Part shown: one piece after another, positions 50,614 to 61,284 of the stretch
How the letters are laid out: every line of letters starts with the position of its first letter
How positions within the stretch are numbered: the first letter of the stretch is position 1
From: an uncultured Aliarcobacter sp.
GTDB lineage: Bacteria; Campylobacterota; Campylobacteria; Campylobacterales; Arcobacteraceae
Assembly (NCBI GenBank): GCA_963664305.2
Contig: CAXXLV010000001.1
Location: 96,001 to 160,000, forward strand
Direction of reading: 5' to 3'
DNA: 64,000 nucleotides
Program-made: the position numbers and the translations under genes
Notes under the pieces: generated by a model
What the model was told of the DNA's origin: nothing
Databases searched by the model: none
Seen by the model: only the letters and a program-made list of their open reading frames with translations

Positions 50614-51505
50614 TTCTCTTTTTTACTTTGAGTAAATTTCTCAAATCTAAGCTCTCTAATCCCATAATTTTTTTATTATCTTCAACATCTCCTATAATTA
50701 TGGTACCAATCCCAATAGTTACATAATTTCCTATTTTAACTTTTTGAATAATACTAGAATTTGGACCAATCCAACAATTTTGTCCAATCGTTACAGAACC
50801 ACTTATCTCTACACATGCTGTTATAATGGTATTTTTACCAATTTTACAATTATGAGCTATATGAACTTGATCATCAGTTTTTACATTATTTTCAATTATT
50901 GTTGTCCCTAATGTAGCTCTTGCTATTGTATTTTTTGCCCCTATCTCTACATTATTTCCTATTATTACATTACCAATATGAGGAATTCTAACAGGAGTAC
51001 CATTTTCTTCAAAATCAAATCCAAATCCATCTTCACCTATAATTGTACCTGACTTTATATAACAACTTTTACCTATAACTGTGTTATCATAAATCACTAC
51101 ATTATTGTTCAGTACTGTACCTTCAGCTATTTTTACACTATCACCTATAATACAGTTAGATCCGATAGAAACATTTTTGGCAATCTCACAATTTTTACCT
51201 ATTTTCACACTGCTATCTATATTATAATCTATTTTTTTTATAAAAAATTCATTAACAACCTTTGCAAAGCTAAGTCTAGGATTATCAACACATATATATG
51301 AAAAAGACACATTATCATACTTTGTATCTTTTGGAAGTAAAATGAGTGATTCTACCTCTATTTTTACATTTTTAGTTTTTGAAAAACTAAAAGAATAATG
51401 TTCCAAATCATTTAATGGCTTCACATATTTTAAAACTATATTCTCACCAACTAATTCTTCATTTAAAAAGTCAGCTATCTCTTTTGCTTCTACTCGATAA
51501 CCCAT
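50597..51505 (-). CDS. LpxD-like left-handed beta-helix N-acyltransferase (paralogue inside the glycan cluster)
   Basis: DNPRLSFAKV, hexapeptide repeats, IGEDGFGF, H.GNV.IG.NVEIGA, DDQVHIAHNC (LpxD catalytic His position). Confidence 0.88.
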   Translation of the reverse strand: MGYRVEAKEIADFLNEELVGENIVLKYVKPLNDLEHYSFSFSKTKNVKIEVESLILLPKDTKYDNVSFSYICVDNPRLSFAKVVNEFFIKKIDYNIDSSVKIGKNCEIAKNVSIGSNCIIGDSVKIAEGTVLNNNVVIYDNTVIGKSCYIKSGTIIGEDGFGFDFEENGTPVRIPHIGNVIIGNNVEIGAKNTIARATLGTTIIENNVKTDDQVHIAHNCKIGKNTIITACVEISGSVTIGQNCWIGPNSSIIQKVKIGNYVTIGIGTIIIGDVEDNKKIMGLESLDLRNLLKVKKRIEYGK

Positions 51506-52128
51506 CTAATTACCTCAAAACTTTCTGCATAATGGGTACCTATTTGTATACCTCTAGTTCTAGCAAGAGAAAATATAAACTCTTCACTCATATAATCTCT
51601 TTGACCTTGTGATTTATACTCTTTTAAAGCATCACTCTTTGATTGAATATGCTTTTTGTCAAGTTTTATAAATGTTGTAGTATCAAAAGTAAGATTATTC
51701 CATATAAGTTCATATCCTAATATTGTAGTATTCTTAAAAGCTCTCAAGCCCTCTTGCGCTATTGTACTGTGGTCTTGATGTATATCGTTTAATGATGGCA
51801 TAAGTACTAAATCAGGCTTTAAATTTTTTCTATGCTTTATCAGATCTTCAAGTATCTCTTGCCTAGCATAGTTAAGCTTTCTTACTTCATAATTGTAAAT
51901 AATTACATTTTCTTTTTTAATACCTAATTTTGTTGTAGCATTTACTACTTCAATTTTAAGTATATCTTTTGGAAAACCTTCTGGTACTGAGGTTTCCGCC
52001 GTAGAAAATGCAAAATAATAAACATTTGCACCTAATTCTATAAGTTTATTTATAGTTCCACCTGCACCTAATTCTCCATCATCTGTATGGGGTGCTAATA
52101 CATATACATTTTTAAACTTATTTAACAT
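51490..52128 (-). CDS. PIG-L/LmbE family N-acetylhexosamine de-N-acetylase
   Basis: APHTDDGELG (HxDD), DIHQDH, YKSQ, AESFE. Confidence 0.9.
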   Translation of the reverse strand: MLNKFKNVYVLAPHTDDGELGAGGTINKLIELGANVYYFAFSTAETSVPEGFPKDILKIEVVNATTKLGIKKENVIIYNYEVRKLNYARQEILEDLIKHRKNLKPDLVLMPSLNDIHQDHSTIAQEGLRAFKNTTILGYELIWNNLTFDTTTFIKLDKKHIQSKSDALKEYKSQGQRDYMSEEFIFSLARTRGIQIGTHYAESFEVIRWVIE

Positions 52129-53185
52129 TTAATAACTCTTTTATAATATTTTCACTAGCTTTACCACCACCATATAAATCTAATTTTGAATTTTCTTTAT
52201 TAAATTCAATATTATTCTTATAAGCTTCTAATATTTTTTCTTTATCTGCCCCAATCAATGTATTTGCTCCACACTCTACCAGTTCAACCCATTCTGTTTC
52301 ATCTCTTAGAGTTATACATTGTTTTTCAAAAAAATATGCCTCTTTTTGAAGTCCTCCACTATCTGTCATCACAAAATCACAATTATCTATCAGCCATACC
52401 ATTTCAAGATAACCAATAGGTTCAATAATAGTAAGATTTTGTATATTTAATTTTAAATTTTCTAATGTTTTTTTAGTTCGTGGATGAAGTGGTAAAACCA
52501 CTTGTTTTTCTTTAGCTATTTCTTCTAATGCTTCAAATATACTTTTTAATCTAGTTTCATCTTCTGTATTTTCTGCTCTATGAATTGTACAAAGTATAAA
52601 ACTATTTTTTATTTCAATATTTGGTTTTACTGCTAGATTTTTATAAAAAATTGCTCCATCTTGCATAACATCACCACTTTTTACTATCTTACAATCAAGA
52701 TTTTCATATCCTTCATCTTTAAGATTTTGTATAGCAGTGTCTGTTGGACAAAATAACATATTACTTACTCTATCTGTAAGTATTCTATTTACTTCTTCAG
52801 GCATTTTCATATTAAAACTTCTAAGCCCTGCTTCTATGTGAGCTAGTTTTATATGAAGTTTACTTGCTACTATCGCACCAGATAATGTAGAGTTTGTATC
52901 TCCATACACCATAATCCAATCAGGTTTTTCTTTGAGTGCCACTTCTTCTATCTTTTCTATCATCTGTCCAGTCATGGCACCGTGTGATTTTCCACCAATA
53001 CCTAAAAAATAGTTTGGTTTTGGTATTTGCATCTCATCAAAAAATATATCACTCATATTTGCATCATAGTGCTGTCCCGTATGAACGATAATCTCTTCTA
53101 TCTCTTCATATTTTGCTATCTCACGACTTACGCTTCCTGCTTTTATAAATTGCGGTCTTGCACCTAGTATTGTTAGTATTTTCAT
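52118..53185 (-). CDS. wecB: Non-hydrolysing UDP-HexNAc 2-epimerase (WecB family, WbpI/WlbD-like)
   Basis: [54 protein letters not shown]. Confidence 0.9.
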   Translation of the reverse strand: MKILTILGARPQFIKAGSVSREIAKYEEIEEIIVHTGQHYDANMSDIFFDEMQIPKPNYFLGIGGKSHGAMTGQMIEKIEEVALKEKPDWIMVYGDTNSTLSGAIVASKLHIKLAHIEAGLRSFNMKMPEEVNRILTDRVSNMLFCPTDTAIQNLKDEGYENLDCKIVKSGDVMQDGAIFYKNLAVKPNIEIKNSFILCTIHRAENTEDETRLKSIFEALEEIAKEKQVVLPLHPRTKKTLENLKLNIQNLTIIEPIGYLEMVWLIDNCDFVMTDSGGLQKEAYFFEKQCITLRDETEWVELVECGANTLIGADKEKILEAYKNNIEFNKENSKLDLYGGGKASENIIKELLNVK

Positions 53186-54294
53186 TTTGTCAACTCCTCA
53201 TACACTTCAAACAACTTCTTCTCTTCAACTTGCCAATTATACTTTGTAAGAACAGCTTTCTTCCCATTTTTTCCCATCTCTTCTGCTTCTTTTGGATGCA
53301 ACATAATATACTCAATAGCTTCAGATATCTCTTTTGGTTCAAGTGGGTTTACACATATACCACAACTATTCCCTTCTACTATCTCTTTCCATAGTGGAAA
53401 ATCAGAAGTGATTATAGGCAATCCTGCACTCATATATTCAAACATTTTATTTGGTTGTGCATCTATATGATTTGGTAAAGGATGAAAAGTAACTATTCCA
53501 GCTTTTGACCGACTCATCACATTTGCCACGTCATCTCTTCCTAAAAAACCAAGTTCATCTACTTTTTGCCACCCACTGTAGGCTTTTACTTCTTCTTCTA
53601 CTGATTTTTCAGAAAAAGCACCTACAAGATTGAGTTTTGTTTCACCTGTGAACTCCATGGCATGTACGACTTCTTTAATACCACGTATGTGAGCTATTCC
53701 ACCCACATAACAAACTTCATCTTTTTTCTCACTCCAAAGTGTTTCATTTGAAAGTTCATCCAAGATTGGAAAGTTATTTATATCTGTACTATTTTTATTT
53801 ATTTTTAAAAATTTATCTCTAATGTATGGTGTAGCAGTAACGATATAATCAAATTTTTTACAAGCATATTTTTCATATATTTCAAAACTATATGAGAGTG
53901 TTATTTTTGCAGGTTTATTTAAATATGGTTTTCCAAGCAACTGTTTTGGCAAATCTTCATGGGCATCAAATATCACTTTTTTACCCAACTTTTTAAGCTT
54001 CAATCCTATAGGTATAAGCTCTGGGTCATGAAGATGATATATATCGCTATCTAGCTCTTTTGCTTTTTCAAAAACCTTTTTAACAGTTTTTGTCATACGA
54101 AAAATTCTTCCACCAGTTTTTGCACCTATATCAAAAATATCTATACTATTTTTAGATTCTTCCCCTTTTCCATCTGCTACAACGAGACTAACTTTATGAT
54201 TCCCATTTTTAGCTAAAGATGTACACATTTTTAAAAATATTCTTGTATCATATCTACTATGTGCTGATGTTAGGTGTGTTATTTTAATTTGCAT
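53182..54294 (-). CDS. GT4 glycosyltransferase, WbpH-like
   Basis: [43 protein letters not shown]; matches my recollection of P. aeruginosa WbpH. Confidence 0.85.
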   Translation of the reverse strand: MQIKITHLTSAHSRYDTRIFLKMCTSLAKNGNHKVSLVVADGKGEESKNSIDIFDIGAKTGGRIFRMTKTVKKVFEKAKELDSDIYHLHDPELIPIGLKLKKLGKKVIFDAHEDLPKQLLGKPYLNKPAKITLSYSFEIYEKYACKKFDYIVTATPYIRDKFLKINKNSTDINNFPILDELSNETLWSEKKDEVCYVGGIAHIRGIKEVVHAMEFTGETKLNLVGAFSEKSVEEEVKAYSGWQKVDELGFLGRDDVANVMSRSKAGIVTFHPLPNHIDAQPNKMFEYMSAGLPIITSDFPLWKEIVEGNSCGICVNPLEPKEISEAIEYIMLHPKEAEEMGKNGKKAVLTKYNWQVEEKKLFEVYEELTK

Positions 54295-54317
54295 GTATTG
54301 TCCTACTATATAAATAT

Positions 54318-55601
54318 TTATTTTTTTCTAAATTCAATTTTATTATTCTGAATATTTAATGTAATTATAACTATTATAATTATAAACAAACCATGAGTAA
54401 GTAATGTTGTAGATAAATCTGAACTAATAAAAAATGTAAATACGGATAAAAAAGCTAAACTAATTTTAATAAATTTCTCCTCTTCATTGAATATAAAATT
54501 ATTAATAATATTTAAAATAATTGTTGCAATAAGTGTATAAAGTACAATGCCTAATAATTTTGCATGTACGAATGCCATTGGAATAAATCCAATATTTAGT
54601 GAATTACCAGATATTTTTAAATAATCACCCATTAATAATGAAACTTCTTTATTAAAAGGATATGTAAAAAATGATTTTAATATTCCATTTGACCAATAAA
54701 TACTATCGATAAAGGAAAAGAAATCAAAATATGCAAAATTTAATACTGAAGGAAGGAAAACTAATCTTCTTATTAAAAAGGACATAATCCAAATATCTCT
54801 TGTCAATAAATGAATCAAAATAATACTAAAAAAAAACATTATTATTCCAAATAGTATAATTATCCTATTCCAATTGAACCTATATATAATATAAATAAAA
54901 ATTACTAAAAACATACTAAGAAAAATACTTTTGTATCCTGTAAATAAGTAAAATATTAGAAATATTGATATTGAGAATAACATCATATAATAATTCTTTT
55001 TTAATAGTGCCCATGAAAAAACAAACACCATAAAAACTTTAAAAACCCAATTATTTATATAACCAAAAATTCCTTTATTAGTAAGATCACTAAATTTTTC
55101 TCTAAAATCATATACTTCTCTTATATCAACTACAAAATTACCTTTGGTAACATATATTATATGTATTAAAACAACAATTATAATTATAAAACTAAATAAT
55201 AATATATATTTTGGAGATATTTTTATTTTAACTAACTTGTTTATATCATAGTTTTTAGTAAAAACTAGTATCAAAATATAAGGTATTAACAAATAAAATA
55301 AATATTTTATACTTATATTAGTATAACTAAAATATACAATATTTGGTAAGATATATAAAAAATATAAAAATACAAAAATAGTAAATATCCTCAAATCTTT
55401 TTTATATAATAAAATCATATAAATACCTAAAGCTAAAATCCATCCTAAAATGTAATCTATTAAATTAAAATTTATTTTATAGAGATTACTGATGTTAATT
55501 CTTATAGATATTAAGTAGTAGGCATATTCAAAAATCAGCTTTAATATTATAACCAAAAATACTTCATAAATTTTTGATATTTGTAAATTACTAATTTTCA
55601 T
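54318..55601 (-). CDS. wzy: Putative O-antigen polymerase
   Basis: About 11 TM, extremely AT-rich, lies between the flippase and glycosyltransferases. Confidence 0.65.
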   Translation of the reverse strand: MKISNLQISKIYEVFLVIILKLIFEYAYYLISIRINISNLYKINFNLIDYILGWILALGIYMILLYKKDLRIFTIFVFLYFLYILPNIVYFSYTNISIKYLFYLLIPYILILVFTKNYDINKLVKIKISPKYILLFSFIIIIVVLIHIIYVTKGNFVVDIREVYDFREKFSDLTNKGIFGYINNWVFKVFMVFVFSWALLKKNYYMMLFSISIFLIFYLFTGYKSIFLSMFLVIFIYIIYRFNWNRIIILFGIIMFFFSIILIHLLTRDIWIMSFLIRRLVFLPSVLNFAYFDFFSFIDSIYWSNGILKSFFTYPFNKEVSLLMGDYLKISGNSLNIGFIPMAFVHAKLLGIVLYTLIATIILNIINNFIFNEEEKFIKISLAFLSVFTFFISSDLSTTLLTHGLFIIIIVIITLNIQNNKIEFRKK

Positions 55602-56874
55602 AATTATCTGCTTTATAAACTACAGAAAAGATTATATATAAATATATCATATATAATAAAAATTGATGTATAGTATAATACTTAAGAAATAAATATAATT
55701 CAAATTTATTATAATAAGATATAGAAAAAAAAACAATACTAGTACACAAATATAAATATTGCCAAATTGCTAATAATTTAAGTTTATTATAACTTACTAA
55801 AGAAATACTGATTGTTGATACTACAAAAGTGACAAAAAAACTTATTGCTAAATACTTGCTTATTTCACCAGATATAATCCAATTTTCCCCAAAAATAATT
55901 TCAAAAGTAATAGGTGCAAATAAATAAATTGCTATCGATATAGGTAAAGATATAATTATTAACTTTTTAAATGTACTTATAAGGAGGGGTAAATTCTTTT
56001 TATTATTTTTTATATTCTGAGATACTTCATGAAAAAAAACTTGTGATATTGAATTTGCCATTAAAGAACTTGGTAAATATACAATTCTTTGAGCAAAAAA
56101 GAAATAACCAGAAATTGATAAATCAAATATTTTTGGTATCATAAAAAATGGTATTTGAGTAGTTATATTATTTGATAAAGTAGAAAATAAATTATATCTT
56201 GGAAAATTTTTATATTTCTTTGCTAAAATTATAATCTTTATTATTGATATTTTGGAAATTAAAACTCTATCTTTTAATATATTTTTTAAAAGCTTCATAT
56301 TTGCAAACATATTTGAAAACAATTGACCTAAAATAAGTCCACTAGCTCCTAGTTTTATAAATCCAATACTTAATTGAAAGATAGCTAAAACAATAGATTT
56401 TAAAATAGTTGCATTTCTTAAATCTTTATAATTCTTTTTTCTATTATTAAAATAGTTTAAAATATTATACAGACCACTAAAAAATATAGCAATAGGTATA
56501 AAATATAACCAAAAACTTATTTCTGTATTTCCCAAAATAGAAGAAAAATAATCATTAAATATTAGAATAATAATAAATAGAAAAATAGATATAACACAAG
56601 TTATAATGAAACCTAAAGCAAATATATTTATAGCATCTTCATCTTTTTTTGGTAACATAATAGCTAATTCATATCTTCCATTAACAATATTTCCCAACAT
56701 AGATATAATTGCTATAAATAATGCAAATATTCCAAAATCTTCTGGTGTATATATTCTTGCAAGTATTGGACTAATCGCTATTGGTATTGCTTGAGCAATA
56801 GCCGTACCTGTCATAAGAGTAACTATATTTTTACTAAATTCTGATTTAATTTTTATCATTTGTTCTTTGTTCAT
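55591..56874 (-). CDS. wzx: O-unit flippase
   Basis: GTAIAQAI...PILARIYTPEDFG, RYELAI, about 12 TM; the true start may be the second Met (56859). Confidence 0.88.
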   Translation of the reverse strand: MNKEQMIKIKSEFSKNIVTLMTGTAIAQAIPIAISPILARIYTPEDFGIFALFIAIISMLGNIVNGRYELAIMLPKKDEDAINIFALGFIITCVISIFLFIIILIFNDYFSSILGNTEISFWLYFIPIAIFFSGLYNILNYFNNRKKNYKDLRNATILKSIVLAIFQLSIGFIKLGASGLILGQLFSNMFANMKLLKNILKDRVLISKISIIKIIILAKKYKNFPRYNLFSTLSNNITTQIPFFMIPKIFDLSISGYFFFAQRIVYLPSSLMANSISQVFFHEVSQNIKNNKKNLPLLISTFKKLIIISLPISIAIYLFAPITFEIIFGENWIISGEISKYLAISFFVTFVVSTISISLVSYNKLKLLAIWQYLYLCTSIVFFSISYYNKFELYLFLKYYTIHQFLLYMIYLYIIFSVVYKADNYEN

Positions 56875-58012
56875 CTATAACATAAAGATGCATTACTGTT
56901 AAAACAAACCAAATATATGAATATGTATAGCTATGAAATAATAATATATTAATAAACATATAGAAACCTAAATAAAATATAAAATCAGAATTTTTATTAT
57001 GCTTTTTCCAAGGCTTATATACTTTTATTAATCTTGAAAAATAAAAAATTGTGAATACCATAAAAAATATAATTCCAAACTGTCTTAAAAAAGAAAGCCA
57101 ATTATGCATATAACTACCTAATCCACTTTTGTAAACACTATCAGAATGAATAATTGTTTGTCCTAAATATTGTCCAAAAAAATAATTATTTTTAATTGCA
57201 TCTAAACCATATTTAAATTGTTCCATTCTTTCACTAAAAGAACTATCTTTTCTAATAACTGTAAATCCAAACATCCTTGTATCAATTCTGATAATATCAA
57301 AAGAATACAAAAGCAAAAAAAATATAATAAAAAACAAAAATAAATAAAAGAAATTTTTAAATCCTATTTCTTTGATTAAAAATATTAAATATACAATAAA
57401 GAATGAATAAAAACTTGCTCTAGACTTAATAATAAATAATAAAAGTAATATAAAAGTCATAATTAAAATTTTTAAATATTTTTTTTCAATTAAAAAAACT
57501 ATATATAATCCAATTATTGGTAAAACAGCCCCTATTAATTGATGTCTTAATTTATATTTTAATAAATTATAATCAATATTCAATAAAATAAACCAGACAA
57601 GTATAAAAAAACTAATATACATTAAAACATAAAAATATTTTTTATTTATATTTTTATAAAAAATTACACCTAACATAATATTAAACACTGAATATAAAAT
57701 AACTTTAAATTGAAACCATATACCTGCATCTGTAATATATTCCATTCTATAAAAATGATAATATATTAAATAAATTATCATATATGTTATCAAAAAAAAG
57801 AACCAAATAAAGTGTTTATAATTCTTTTTAAAATAATTTGATAAAGAAATTATTAATATTGAAAATGATAGAATCAATACAATTATAGATAATAAACTTT
57901 GTTCTTTTTGTGTATTAAAAGACTGAATCATTATATAAATAACAAAATAATAGAGTAAAACAATTATAGAAATACTATTTAAATAATTTTTACTAATTAC
58001 CATTAAATTCAC
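56846..58012 (-). CDS. Wzy_C-type membrane protein (O-antigen ligase/polymerase family)
   Basis: Multi-TM; SRAS, S..ER, FFG and YMHN..LS...QFG motifs. Confidence 0.65.
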   Translation of the reverse strand: MNLMVISKNYLNSISIIVLLYYFVIYIMIQSFNTQKEQSLLSIIVLILSFSILIISLSNYFKKNYKHFIWFFFLITYMIIYLIYYHFYRMEYITDAGIWFQFKVILYSVFNIMLGVIFYKNINKKYFYVLMYISFFILVWFILLNIDYNLLKYKLRHQLIGAVLPIIGLYIVFLIEKKYLKILIMTFILLLLFIIKSRASFYSFFIVYLIFLIKEIGFKNFFYLFLFFIIFFLLLYSFDIIRIDTRMFGFTVIRKDSSFSERMEQFKYGLDAIKNNYFFGQYLGQTIIHSDSVYKSGLGSYMHNWLSFLRQFGIIFFMVFTIFYFSRLIKVYKPWKKHNKNSDFIFYLGFYMFINILLFHSYTYSYIWFVLTVMHLYVIDEQRTNDKN

Positions 58013-59004
58013 TTTAAATTTTTAGTTGTTAATAAGAGGTAGAATAACACAAAAAGCATCATGAAAACACCTAAAATATAAATATCATCTCTAACTTTAA
58101 ATCCTAAACCAATATAAACAAAAATCAATTGTAAAAGTATTAGAATTGTTGATGTTTTTCTTACATTTTTATGCTGTTGAAATAAAATTACATGATGAAT
58201 ATGCGTATTGTCTGCTTTAAATGGATTTTTCTTTTGGCTAATTCTTCGTACCATCACAATTAAAGTATCTAAAATAGGAACAGCAGCAAGAAGTAGTATT
58301 GAAACTGCACTCACATAATTTTGATTTATTGAATATATAGATAAAACTACAATCACAAAACCTAAAGAAAGGCTTCCAGTATCTCCCATAAAAATTTTTG
58401 AAGGATACCAATTAAAAATTAAAAATCCTAATAAAGAAAATATTAAAGTTATAGAAATATAAAATAAAAAATTATCACTATATTTAAAACCAATATATGA
58501 GAATGAAACTAATATAACTATTCCTATTCCTGCAGAAAGTCCATCCAAGCCATCTATTAAATTCATAGCATTAATAAAACCTACAACTGCAAAAAGTAGA
58601 AATATATAAGATACAAAAGGTGACATAATAAAATCAATTTTTGCAAAAACACCAATTGAATGTATGAAATATCCATCAAAATATAAAAAAGTAGCAGATA
58701 TAATAATCCAAAAGAATTTAATTTTAGAAGAAATATTTTTTACATCATCGTATACACCAAGGAAAAAAATAATAAAAAAAGCCAAAATTAAATATAAAGA
58801 AAGTTCTACATTAAAAAAAAACAAACCTATAATAAAAGATATAACTATAGCTATTCCACCAGCTCTTGATTTTTCAATTAAATGCAAACTTCTACTGTTT
58901 GGTTTATCTATTAATCTTAATTTATAAGAATAACGTATTAAAAACTTATTAATTAATATTGAGATAAAAAAAACAGCTATTAATATAAATATATTAAGAT
59001 TCAA
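58009..59004 (-). CDS. wecA: Undecaprenyl-phosphate GlcNAc-1-phosphate transferase (WecA/TagO family)
   Basis: DKPNSRSLH, GVYDD, NAMNLIDGLDGL, KIFMGDTGS, DNTHIHH; TTG start. Confidence 0.85.
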   Translation of the reverse strand: MNLNIFILIAVFFISILINKFLIRYSYKLRLIDKPNSRSLHLIEKSRAGGIAIVISFIIGLFFFNVELSLYLILAFFIIFFLGVYDDVKNISSKIKFFWIIISATFLYFDGYFIHSIGVFAKIDFIMSPFVSYIFLLFAVVGFINAMNLIDGLDGLSAGIGIVILVSFSYIGFKYSDNFLFYISITLIFSLLGFLIFNWYPSKIFMGDTGSLSLGFVIVVLSIYSINQNYVSAVSILLLAAVPILDTLIVMVRRISQKKNPFKADNTHIHHVILFQQHKNVRKTSTILILLQLIFVYIGLGFKVRDDIYILGVFMMLFVLFYLLLTTKNLK

Positions 59005-59060
59005 ATTTCTCCCTTATTTACTAAAAGATTTAATTATATAACAAATAGGCTTTTAATAAT

Positions 59061-60167
59061 TTAAATTTTGTTTATTTCAAATAAATACTTACGTATAACA
59101 ATTCTTTCATCATATTCTTCAACAATTTTTTTTCTTCCTGCTATTCCCATTCTATTGCGAATATTTTCATCTAATAAAAACATTCTTTTCATTGTATTTT
59201 CTAAACTTTTACTATTTTTTACATCGCATAAGAAACCATTTATTTCATCATCTACAACATCTTTACAGCCTACCGTGTTTGTTGTAATGAGAGGCTTAGC
59301 CATACTTGCACTTTCTAAAAGAGTTCTTGGAGTACCTTCCCTATATGATGGCAAAACAATACAATCTGCTTGCTTTATAATTTCTTGAACATTATCAGAA
59401 GTTCCTAAATAATTTATAATTCCTTCATCTATCCATTGATTCATTTGTTCTTTAGGTACTGATGTATTATTAACAGCATCTAAAGAACCTAGAATCTGAA
59501 ACTCTACATTACTATATTTAATTTTTAAACTTTTAGCTGCTTCTACATATTCTCCTATTCCTTTATCCCAAAGAATCCTAGCAATAAGTAGAAATCTAAA
59601 AATATTATCTCTCTTTCTATATAATATAGGAGAAAATCTATTTACATCCACTCCACTTCCAGGAAGGATATCTGACTGTTTATTAGAAACAATCTTATAT
59701 TTCATAAACAATTCTTTATCATCACTATTTTGAAAAAAAACTTTTGATGAGTTTTTTAATGACAATTTATATAAAAGCTTTACTATCTTAGTAACTATAC
59801 TTTCTTTTATGAAAACAGTACCTAATCCAGAAATATTATTTATCGTTTTAATTCCTAGTAAATGACAAGCAATATTTCCATATATATTAGGTTTTATTGT
59901 ATAGTTTAAAACTATTTCTGGTTTTATTTCTTTATATAATTTATAAAACTGCCACAAGGTTTTAATATCTTCTTTTGGATTTGTTCCTTTATTACTTATA
60001 TAAATATCATAAAACTCAAACTCTTCTTTTAATTTTTTACTATAACTATCAGTAGGAGCTACTAAAATTACTTGATAACCTTCTTTTTTCAATGCCCGAG
60101 CTAAATTTAATCGAAAATTATAAATATTCCATGAAGTATTAACACAAATTACTATTTTTTTATTCAA
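59061..60167 (-). CDS. GT4 glycosyltransferase (PglA-like family)
   Basis: NTSWNIYNFR, YTIKPNIYG, GSGVD, ARILWDKG, PSYREGTPRTLLE. Confidence 0.9.
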   Translation of the reverse strand: MNKKIVICVNTSWNIYNFRLNLARALKKEGYQVILVAPTDSYSKKLKEEFEFYDIYISNKGTNPKEDIKTLWQFYKLYKEIKPEIVLNYTIKPNIYGNIACHLLGIKTINNISGLGTVFIKESIVTKIVKLLYKLSLKNSSKVFFQNSDDKELFMKYKIVSNKQSDILPGSGVDVNRFSPILYRKRDNIFRFLLIARILWDKGIGEYVEAAKSLKIKYSNVEFQILGSLDAVNNTSVPKEQMNQWIDEGIINYLGTSDNVQEIIKQADCIVLPSYREGTPRTLLESASMAKPLITTNTVGCKDVVDDEINGFLCDVKNSKSLENTMKRMFLLDENIRNRMGIAGRKKIVEEYDERIVIRKYLFEINKI

Positions 60168-61284
60168 TATCTAGAACCTTCTTAAATTTATTAATTATTT
60201 TATCTATTTTAAACTCTGTTACTCTTTGTAAGTTATCATTTTTTATTTTATTTATATCAATATTCCCATATAAATAGTATCTAATCTTTTTAATTAATAA
60301 ATCTTCATTACCTACAGGATAAAGTAAACCATATCTTTCATTGTCTAAAATCTCTCTTGGCCCACTTTTACAATCACTTGAAATAACAGGTAATCCACAA
60401 GCTAAAGCTTCAACTAATACATTAGGAAAACCTTCTGTTTCTGAATTTAATACAAATAAGTTAGAGTTATTTAAATAATAAAAAGGATTTTTAACATTTC
60501 CTAAAAAGTGAATTTTTTTTGAAAGTCCTAATTTTTTAGACAAATCTATTAATTTATCTTTTAATATCCCATCACCTAAGAAAATCAATTCTAGATTATT
60601 ATCTTCTTTTTGAAGTTTAAAAAAAACATTTATTAAATCATTATTTCTTTTTAAAGGAATAAGTCTTCCTACAGAGATAATGTATTTTTTATTTTTATCA
60701 AAAAAGAATTCACAATCATCACAAGTTTCTTTTCTTTTCTCAACATACTCTAAATCTATAGGATTATTTATTACTTCTGTAGAAGTAGTTATTTTCATAA
60801 GTGATTTCAAGTCATTATCTACACCTTGTGAGTTTGAAATGATCAAATCAGCTTTATTAAATAACAATTTAATTAAAAATAAATTTATTTTCCCACTTAA
60901 ACCTTCATTTTTATATCTTGAAGTAGTACTTCTTATATTTATAATAGTTTTGTGTTTTACTCCAAAAAGCTTAGATAAAATATTTATATAATTTGCACGG
61001 TATAAAAAAGACATTATAGTATCAATATTATTTTGCTTAATATATTTTGCAAGTTTAAATGAGAAGAAAGGAATAGTTAAAAACTTAGAAATTGAAGTGC
61101 TTGTTTTTAATGAAAAAATCTTTAGATTTATATTATTTGGTATTTCATATTGAATACCATCTTCAAGTAAAATAAGATGTACTTTTATTGAATTATCTTT
61201 TTCTAATTCTTTTAAAAGTAAAGATACAACTCTTTCTGCACCACCAATATTTAAATTATTTATAACTATTAAAATATTTTTCAT
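60160..61284 (-). CDS. GT4 glycosyltransferase (PglJ-like family)
   Basis: GGAERV, ISNS, INNPID, VGRL, EGFPNVLVEA, DCKSGPREIL. Confidence 0.9.
   Translation of the reverse strand: MKNILIVINNLNIGGAERVVSLLLKELEKDNSIKVHLILLEDGIQYEIPNNINLKIFSLKTSTSISKFLTIPFFSFKLAKYIKQNNIDTIMSFLYRANYINILSKLFGVKHKTIINIRSTTSRYKNEGLSGKINLFLIKLLFNKADLIISNSQGVDNDLKSLMKITTSTEVINNPIDLEYVEKRKETCDDCEFFFDKNKKYIISVGRLIPLKRNNDLINVFFKLQKEDNNLELIFLGDGILKDKLIDLSKKLGLSKKIHFLGNVKNPFYYLNNSNLFVLNSETEGFPNVLVEALACGLPVISSDCKSGPREILDNERYGLLYPVGNEDLLIKKIRYYLYGNIDINKIKNDNLQRVTEFKIDKIINKFKKVLDIE

Noticed and set aside
50740..51230. Repetitive-looking DNA in the LpxD-like gene
   Set aside because: Explained by hexapeptide repeats of the left-handed beta-helix
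59061..61284. PglA/PglJ-like genes as a protein N-glycosylation (pgl) locus
   Set aside because: No pglB, pglK, pglC, pglD or pglE in view; the neighbours (WecA, OafA, wzx, wzy) point to a surface polysaccharide
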